Positions 55,571 to 64,000 of a stretch of 64,000 nucleotides of DNA are shown here, one piece after another; position 1 is the stretch's first letter, and every line of letters begins with the position of its first letter. The position numbers were made by a program, and so were the translations under genes. Origin of the DNA: the human T2T-CHM13v2.0 reference genome, Homo sapiens; assembly GCF_009914755.1 (NCBI RefSeq), contig NC_060936.1. One strand, written 5' to 3'. The notes beneath the pieces were generated by a model that had not been told where the DNA came from, did not search any database, and saw only the letters and a program-made list of their open reading frames with translations.

Positions 55571-56508
55571 ACACAGATAACAGCACCCGTGATGCCATTT
55601 CCCTCTCACCCACGCAGGGCAGACATCGCTGGCCGATCGCAGAACTCTTGCTGCTGAACCTGGCCTAACCACCTTCTCAACTCAGCCTAGCAGCCTGGTG
55701 CAGAGACTGGAGCTGCCCAGTTTCCCCAGCGACTGGCTCTCCTGAACCCTCCTCCGCAGTGTGCCTAGAGAGGGCATGGCCTTGCCTAACTAAGCACACC
55801 CCACGGAGCTGGGACTCCTGGCCTCCACCTCTGAGGCTCCAACCATCACCCACCAGAAAGAGCCTGAATATGGGCCTTGCTGAAATGCTTTTCCCAGAGG
55901 CTAAGCAGGGAATCCACAGCTGTTCCCCTCCTGCACAAGCCCTGCCTGGCCTGGCCCTCGCTGTCCCGCCACTGCACTCCTGCCCCAGGGCCTTTGCACC
56001 TGCTGGGCTCTGCCTGGAGCACTGAGACCTCAGGCCCTCCATGTGAGCTCCTCCCCTTCCTGTCATGGTGCAGATGGCGCCTCCTTGTCCCAGGCCAGAC
56101 CACACTACACCCGCCTGTCTGCTCTCTCTCCACTGCCCTCCCACGCGCTTGGTGACAACAGGTGTTTCCTGGCCACCTCCCCCACCCATGAATGAACGCA
56201 GGGTGGTTCACCTGTCTTGTTCATGGCTGTCCCCAGGTACTGGCGCACAGTAGGTGTTCAATCAGTGCCTGTAGACTGACTGAATGCTGCCCACTGCAGC
56301 ACGGGCTGGGGCCGTGTTGCTGGCCCCCCCGGGGAGCGGGGCAGCCACCCCTCTGTGCTCACCTCCCTGGAGGGCCCTCAAGTCCTTGTCCCTCCAAAGC
56401 TGGGCCCCAAGACATCCCCCTCTTCAAGGCCCAGAACCCAGGGCTTCACCATTACATGGGGCTTGGCAGGAAGCGCATGGTGTTTTCTCTTAAACATGAT
56501 AGTGGCAC

Positions 56509-56962
56509 TGCAGTGGCTCAAATAATGTCCTCCCAAAATCCACGGCCACTGGAACCTCCAAATATAACATCCTCCCAAAATGCACAGCCACTGGAACCTC
56601 AAAATAAGACCTTCTTTGGACCTAGGGTCATTGCAGATGGAATTAAGCTAAGATGAGGCCATCCTGGATTAGGATCACTGGGATCCTTGTAACACAACAA
56701 GAGAACACAGAGACAGACAAGGAAATGGCCACGTGAGACAGAGGCAGAGGCAGAGGCAGAGATTGGACCGATGCAGCCACAGCTGAGGAACGCCTGTAGC
56801 CCCCAGAAGCTGGAGGAGACAGAAAAGCATCCTCCCCTTGAGCCTTCTGAGGGGGCGCGGCCCTGCGGACGCCCTGACTTCAGATCACAGGAATGCACTT
56901 CTGTGGCTTGAAGCCGCCCAGTTTGTGGCACGTTGCGACGGCAGGCCCAGGAAACCAATCCA
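56509..56962 (+). mobile_element. MLT1-family solo LTR with an internal 42-bp tandem duplication (56528 and 56570)
   Basis: agggtcattgcagatggaattaag...cccccagaagctggaggag...tcctccccttgagccttctgaggg. Confidence 0.8.
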
Positions 56963-57791
56963 GGTACAGAAGGCACGCTGCCTCGGCCTCCCCTCCTCCA
57001 GACGCCTGCGCCCACCTGAGTTCACCAGCCCCGCCTGATCTGGGGCCCTGGGACACCTCCGTGGTACCATGAAGGGCTGGGGCCTGGTGCCTCGACTTCT
57101 AGTCCTGGCTGAGTAAACAAGAGCCCATCCCTCAACCTCGCAGCCTCAGCTGCCCCATCTGAGAAATAGGCACAATTCCCCACACCTCAGCCGTCTCCAG
57201 CAGAAGCTCCTAGAGAAGATGGGAGAAAGAACGTGGCCTACCGATCCCAAGTGAATGCATGGAGAGCTGGCTCTGACCCAGCCCTGGCCCTCCCCTTGCT
57301 GTAGTCCCTCCAGCTCCCCACCCCACCTCCCTCTCACCCTACCACCTAACCTGTTCATTCCCTTCCCACCTGGATCAAGGAAAGTAAGGCTGGCCCAGCA
57401 CAGGCACACACCAGAGGGTGTCCTCTGCCAGCTGGAGAAGAAGGAAGAATGGGAGGAGAGGGCAGGGGCCCCAGGGGCACCAGGTGTGGACTCAAATCTT
57501 CCCACAGAAGCCCAGCCCTGCTGCAGCCCAGCTTGGAGGTCCCCACTGCTGCCTAAACCCACAGAGGCCACTGAAGTTCCACGCTGGAAGTCTGAGGGCC
57601 ACGTGGCTCTTCCCTGCTCGTCCCATCCTCACCCCGAGTCACGCCCACGCCAGGTCAAGGGTGAACACACGGCCCGACATCCCCTCATTTCACAGGACCC
57701 TGTGTGCTCCTGCTCTGCCACGGGCCTCTGCTTCTCCATCTGAGAAGGAGCTCTCACGCCCTGGACAGGGAGGCAGCAACTCTCTCCTCAC

Positions 57792-57919
57792 CGTTCATTC
57801 CCGGGCTGGAACTCAGACAGCAGGGAGGGCCTCCGCCGCTGGGGCTGGATGATGGAGCCGGGCGACAGGTGGGAGGCATAGTCGCGGGAGTGGTGCTGGT
57901 ACTCCAGGAGCCCGACGTC
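57792..57919 (-). CDS. NCOR2: NCOR2 coding exon (128 nt): DVGLLEYQHHSRDYASHLSPGSIIQPQRRRPSLLSEFQPGNE(R)
   Basis: Acceptor ctcctgcag|GAC, donor GAACG|gtgag; phase 0 to 2. Confidence 0.96.
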
Positions 57920-58778
57920 CTGCAGGAGGGGACAGAGGAGTGGTGAGCGTGGGCGGGCACGGGCATGGCGGGGCACGGCAGGGCACAGTGGGCAAGGCCG
58001 TGGACTCCCTGCTCAGGCTCGCTCCTGCCCTAGGCAGATAAGCCCAAGTCCTGCAGGGAACCTCAGGGACCGTCTGGCCAGAGGCTACCCTTGGGGCCGA
58101 ACACCAAGGAGGAGAAAGAACACAGCTGAACGGCCCTGGGCTGCATCCTTCCCACACAGCATCCCAGGGACCCACGATCACGCCCACCTTCCAAATGAGA
58201 CCGCCAAGCCTGGGAGGTCTGATGGGGCTGTCTGAGGCCACAGGCTAATACAGGCCTGGAACCATCCTAACCATGGCCTCTGTCTGCCGGCCATGCTGGC
58301 GTTGACTGGGGGGCCAGAGTAGAGGAAGCTGTCTTCGCTTTTCTACCCTCCCACCCCATCCTACCCCTGCCAGGCTGTGGGTCCCTCCAGCCTGAGGAGC
58401 TGAAGCTTGGAAATGCAGGCCTGGGAAGACAGGACTGAAGGTGCATACGGGGCAGCATTATTTGTAAAAACAGAAATGCATTTGCAGCAACAACTGGGAA
58501 AAGGCCCAACCTAGATGCCCAGCTCTTGGCAGGGTGGGTAAGTGATGCCCACGCGAGGGAACGAGGCTCGGGCCTCACTCGCCAGGAGAAGGATGGATGG
58601 TGGCAAGTGATGGCGACAAACACCCGACAGCCAGCGAGGCCCAAAGACCAGGTTTCAGAACAAAGCGACCCCTGACCCCAAGGCCGCCCTGTAAAAGAGG
58701 AACTCCCCGCTCGTATCACAGCCAGAAGGGTAAGCCTTAGGCAGACCTTCCTCCTTTAATAACACACCGTCGTCCATT

Positions 58779-59125
58779 TGACAAAGACTCTCCTTGCCCA
58801 CACCTGAGTCAAGCTCCTCTGACCCATCCTCTCTCTACGGGGCCTCGGCCTTGGCCTTGGCCTTGCGGGGCTCTGCCCAGCTGCAGGCATCCTGCTAAGT
58901 CAGTCTAGAGGAACCCCCCACCCTCAAGCGCTCCTCTTAGTAATTTTCCATCCACCGACCCCTCCCTCCGCCCTGCGGCTAGGCTATGAGGCCCCAGCTG
59001 TCTTGGCCGTATTTGGCGCTGAGCCTGGTCTCTCTCCCTTATCGTGACAGTCTTGACGCTGATAGCACAATTGTCCTGTACGGTCTTCCTGCTTAACAAG
59101 AGTCCAAATACTTGTTTCTTTAACA
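58779..59125 (+). mobile_element. MER31-like ERV1 solo LTR
   Basis: TG...CA ends (tgacaaagactctcctt...tttctttaaca) flanked by a 4-bp TSD catt. Confidence 0.75.
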
Positions 59126-61316
59126 CATTATCCATTATCATAGGGGGTAAAACTCAATATCAACAAATTAGATGTATACCAATTGCCAAGTACACCCAGA
59201 TTTGAGAAACATTAAACTGTGTTTAAAAAAAAAAAAAAAAAAAAGACAGTAACAAGCCTCTCAAACAAAAACAAGACAGGCTTCACTTACGCACCAATTC
59301 CAATAGATTAGTTCTGTCTGCCTGGAACACTCAGTGAGGCTGTTTGCGGCAATCAGTTAGTGATGTCTGACAGGTAAGGCTTTAGAGAGTGGGATTACAA
59401 GGGACTTTGTCTCTTCTTGGCACCTTTTTTTAATTTTCCCAATTTTCCATAAAAATCTAGTCACTCTTTTGTTGTCTGGCTTTTTCAACAAGGCAGTTAT
59501 TTTTGCAAAGAGAATCAGAGACAATGCCAGGTGGGTGCGTTGATAATGTATCTGTTGCAGACCCAACAAAATCAGCACATAAGAGCCCGGGAGCCCAGAG
59601 GCCAGGAAGGATGAGCAAGTGGAATCCATGGGGACCCTGGCAGCCTCAGAAGCTGGAAAAGCTGGGGAAAGGACCTCCCTGGACAGTCCGATGTAGATAC
59701 CAAAAGCTGCAAGGCCTCCAACAGAAGGTGTGTCTTTGGCCCTGTTATTCTAACCCTCTGAGCCTCAGTTTCTCCTCTTTGAAATGGGTGCCCAGCCCAG
59801 ATTAAAGGAGGCCTGCACCTCCTACACTCATCTCCCTCACCTCTCTGAGGGATTCCCCCAAGGCTGAGAGCAGCCTCCAGAAGGCAGAAAAGGCACGAGC
59901 CTCCTCCTGCATCCCACAGTGTCTAGCACAAGACTCTAGGTGCTCTCAGTGGGAGGAGAAGGGAGAAGACGGGGCTGGAGGGAGGGAGTGGAGGAGGCCA
60001 CTGGGCTGACAATGACGCAGCTGCCAGGCAAAGACCTTGCCACACACACAGAGGTGTGAGAAGAAAGCAGCAGGCCTCACAGTCTGCCAGGAGGATCCTC
60101 TCCACCCAGCTCTCCCATACCAAGGCCAAGTGGGCAGAGAAGCAGGGCGGACGGTCCAGTCCCTGGGAAGAGGGCCTCGGCCCGATAGTGCCCACGGCAG
60201 CCAACCATGGTGGAGGAGGCCCGAAGTGGGGGCTGGGGAGGCCTCTGCATGAACCCTTTGGCCTTCGTTTCCCAATTTAGGAGATCCTCCTAGGAGCATC
60301 TTGGGTGCCGTTTCTGCCCAAAATCTGTGGGCATTTTGTTACTGGACCCTAAACCCTGGGAGACACTCGGTCCACACTGGCCCCCACCACTAGGCTTGAA
60401 GCAGGTCACCAGGGTTGAGCCCAGGGACTCCCCCAACAAGAGTACCTGGAGGCTCTAGGGGAAGGCAAGAATTGGGGAGGCCCCACCAGAGAAACTGACC
60501 TGAGGTAGAGCCCAAGGGGTCCCATGAGCTGGAATACGCCCAGGCTGGAAACCACCTCGCCACGTCTCCAAGCAGGAGAGCTCCCCAACGTGACAACATT
60601 AATCATAAAAAACAACAATAATACCCCACAGTAATAAATTGCCTTTGTGTACCTGCAGCTAAACGCTCTAAATATATTAGTTAATTTCATCCCTACAGCA
60701 ACCCTGTGAGGTGGGTATTACAAGAAGCCCCACACAAAGACGAGAAAACAGAGGCACAGAGAGGGTAAGTGGCTTGTCCACGTCACACAGCAATAAGGGG
60801 TACGTTCTGAGATGCAAGGCAAAGGCTGAGCTGGCTTTCTGAGGAGGGACAAGAGGGGACAGTCCCCAGGCTCTGAACCTGTCCCTGTAGGACAGCAGCA
60901 AACCTGACTTGGGCAGAGGGAGTCTGACCCAGCTGCTCAGAAAGGGAGGCAGGAAAAAGCCATTCAGGTGATGCCCCCTGGCCTCAGAGGGTTCTCCCTG
61001 ACCATGGCACCTCTGAAGCTGGAAATCAGGGCCACCAATAAATTACACCCTTAAAACTCCTGGGAAAGGTGAGAGGCCACCAGAAAAAGCCATTCATCCA
61101 GGAGGGAATCCCAGCTGGTGCCTTCTTGGCTGGGTCCCAAGGGTGGGGAGGAGTGGCTGGGGGCAGAGAGGAGAAAGGGGCTAGATGCGGGGGGATGTTT
61201 GAGCATGGACTGGGAGAAGTTCCTTTGCGGGAGAGGAGTGCCCCTCTCTGGCCCCTGCATAGGGCTCCTTACTCCAGAAGGTGTCAAGGGAATGCCTGGG
61301 ACTGCACACTGAAAGG

Positions 61317-61396
61317 AAAGGAAGAATTCAGCCCGTTCCTGGACCCTGGATTCATGGGAAAGCAAAGGAAGAATTCAGCACATTCCTAGACCCTGG
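61317..61396. repeat. 47-bp imperfect tandem duplication
   Basis: aaaggaagaattcagc at 61317 and 61364. Confidence 0.85.
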
Positions 61397-61759
61397 CTGC
61401 ATTCACGGGTCTCTCCCGGAATGATGGCGGCTACAGTCAAGAGAGCTCCCACCTCAGGACCTTTGCACATACTGTTCCTGCTGCCTGGAACATTCCTCAG
61501 CCAGATTCCCACATGCCTGGCCCTCTCCCTTCCTCCAGGTTCAGCTCCAAAGGCAGCTTCTCAGTGAGGCTCCTCCCCGACTCTCTACTTAAATCTGGGC
61601 TCCCCCAACCTCAGCCCTTCCCCTCATCTCCTTCCCAACTCGCCATTCCCCACAAGGAGGTCAGCTCCCTGAGACAAGGATGCTTACCTGTTCTGTTCAC
61701 AGCTGCACTGCAAGGGCCTGGAAGAGGACGGGCCCGAGACGCCTGATAAGTATTTGCCA

Positions 61760-61814
61760 GATGGATGGATGGATGGATGGATGGATGGATGGATGGATGG
61801 ATGGATGGATGGAT
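61760..61814. repeat. (GATG)n microsatellite at an L2 3' tail, followed by a short cccagcatgggagctccca duplication
   Basis: Direct reading; upstream L2 motifs at about 61455-61757. Confidence 0.9.
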
Positions 61815-64000
61815 CTCCCAGCATGGGAGCTCCCAATGAATGAATGAATCTTCCCCAGCATGGGAGCTCCCACCAGCCTCTCTTTTGAGGGCCAAACCAT
61901 CCCTCAACAGCCTCTTAAGAGCCATCACCAAGCACCAGGAACTGAGCTGCAAGGGGGCCATGAAGCTAATGGAGAGACCCCCCCCCAGGGCACTCAGGAC
62001 ACTGCAAAGCCTCCCAAGTCTAGCCTCTTCCAGTGATCCCCACGCGCCCACCTGCCCCAGCCTGGCCCAGGCAGTCTCCAGGGTCTGGGAGCCTTAGCCC
62101 AGGGCAGTACTACTCCACCAAAGGTCTGCAACGTTGCCAACTGCAACGAAGTGGGCACAGAACATGACAGCATGCAGACCTCTGGGGTTGGCGTGACCCT
62201 GGCATCCAAGGGCACAACCAACTCTGTCTGACCCTGCCGGACTGGGCCTGGCTGAGCCCCTGCGTCTGTGCAGTGGGACCCCATATCGATTTGTGACAAA
62301 CTGGAAATGAAACAGACCGGTCCTTCCCATAGGGAGTCTGATAAGAGCTAATCTAGGCCAAGAGGCAGCACACTAGGGCCCAAGGCCAAGGCAGCAGCGT
62401 CCAGTGTCACAGGCACAGGCCACGCCCACTCCCTTACACCCTGGCTGAGCTGCTTTCACACCATACGGGCCGCGAAGGGCGGTTGCATGGCCTGCAAAGC
62501 CTGAAATATTTACAGAGAAGGTGTGCTCACCCCTGCCCTAGGGGCAAAGCCCAAAGTGTACCCTTGGGGCAAGACAGAAAAAGCTACTAAAGGCGATGTT
62601 GTAATAATAGCATCGTCATCATTACATTATTGATTATATCAAATGTCTGCTTACTCTGTCCATACCCTGTGCGAAGGACTCTGCACCTACCAACTAATTG
62701 GATCCTCACAATCTTAAAACTATCCTTGCTCAACTGATAGGGAAACTGAGGCACGGGACGGTAAGGCCACTTGCCCCCTGTTTCACAGCTAGGACATCAC
62801 TGGGGCAGGATGTAAATGCAAGCAACCTGGCTCCAGAACCGGTGCTATGAACCAGTCTTCAATACTGCGGCATAGAGAGGTTAAGTAACTTGCCCAAGGC
62901 CACACAGCAGAAAAGAGTCACGCTGGGATTCAGACTCTGTGTCCCTGCTTTTAACTGCATTCCTTTAGCCCATTCGTTTAGCCCAAGGTCTGGAGGAGCT
63001 CAGGAGTGTTCAGGGGTCCCAGAGGACTTGAAGAAGAAGGCAGAATGCAGCTGGGCCACAGAAAGCCTGAAAGGAGGCCAGGAGAGGAGGAGGCGTTGAT
63101 CTCCGGGAAAACAAAAGCTGTGAGCATTTTGTTACTGGACCCTCAACCCTGGAGACCCTCGCTTCCCCAGGACCCTCAGGGAGAGTCATAGGATCCTGCT
63201 ACTGTCACGGAGAGAAGCTGGGCCCCTGAGGATGGAGAGAATGAGGCACAGAGGGATGCGGCAGGTAGGAAGCGGGAGGGCAGGGATGATGCATATAGAA
63301 GCCTGGAGCATGGCTGAGGCTGAGTCAGGGAACCTGGGGGCTTTCCATGGTCTCAGGGTCCAGGCCTCTGTCTGCAAGCACCCAACTAAGTGAAGCCTCC
63401 CATTTGTGCTGGGAATTACTCACCAGCAGCCCGCAGATGACGCCAGGGCAGAGCACAGGCAGAGGCAGCGGCTTCCACGGCCTGCACCATTCCACCGCCA
63501 GCTCGGCATCCACGGTCCTGTGGTTCCCCAGGGGGAAGAGGCCCTGCTTGGGTCTCCTGCCACCCTTCCAGGAGGAAAGAGATGACTACCCCGCGCTTGC
63601 TGCGTGCAGACATTGCCACCGATGCACAGACCCACCAGGACACCGGTACTGCAGGTGGGGAAACTGAGGCCGTTCCACGTGGCTGTGAGCGGGCCAATGC
63701 CACTCAGCAAGCTGAACACGGAGAGGGTTCGAAGCCACACTGAGGTCTCACAGGCTCCAGGGAAGACCTGCCATCAAAGCAGCCCCGTGCCCAAAGCACC
63801 AGGAAGAGGACTCTCCAGACAGGAGGAGCTGTCCCAGGAGGTAGGCCTGTCGGGAGTATGCGTGGAGGTGACCTGAATCTGGGAAGGTCACTGAGGCATC
63901 CCGTGGATCCCAGCAGAATGGCCTCGGCTACTGTACGAGGAACCAGGACAGCCAGGTTCCCGCCACTGACTGTCCCCTTACCCGGGGGGATCTGTCTTTC

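Overview
GC-rich primate (very likely human) genomic DNA lying entirely inside the NCOR2 (SMRT, nuclear receptor corepressor 2) gene, transcribed on the minus strand. Seven coding exons were read directly (128, 178, 180, 114, 57, 53 and 67 nt; 777 nt in total). All have GT-AG boundaries and consistent phases, and they encode the N-terminal repression domain 1 region from DVGLLEYQ to RNHARKQW (about aa 36-294). The ATG exon and the downstream exons lie outside the window. The rest is intron: Alu, L1, L2, MIR, MaLR/ERV LTR and hAT fossils, several CA/GA low-complexity tracts, and two multi-kb VNTRs (about 3.6 kb GA-rich and about 2.1 kb CAT/CCT-rich). Those VNTRs produce almost all of the long ORFs in the track, which are artefacts. 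The best leads are a candidate UG-flanked poison exon (50966-51059), a compositionally anomalous tract of about 750 bp that reads as if hypermutated (19890-20640), the hierarchically structured VNTRs, a CpG-rich motif cluster around the 57-nt exon, and an unassigned TA-flanked AT-rich element. No novel multi-gene system is supported. Repeat subfamily calls come from recalled consensus motifs, not from a database search.
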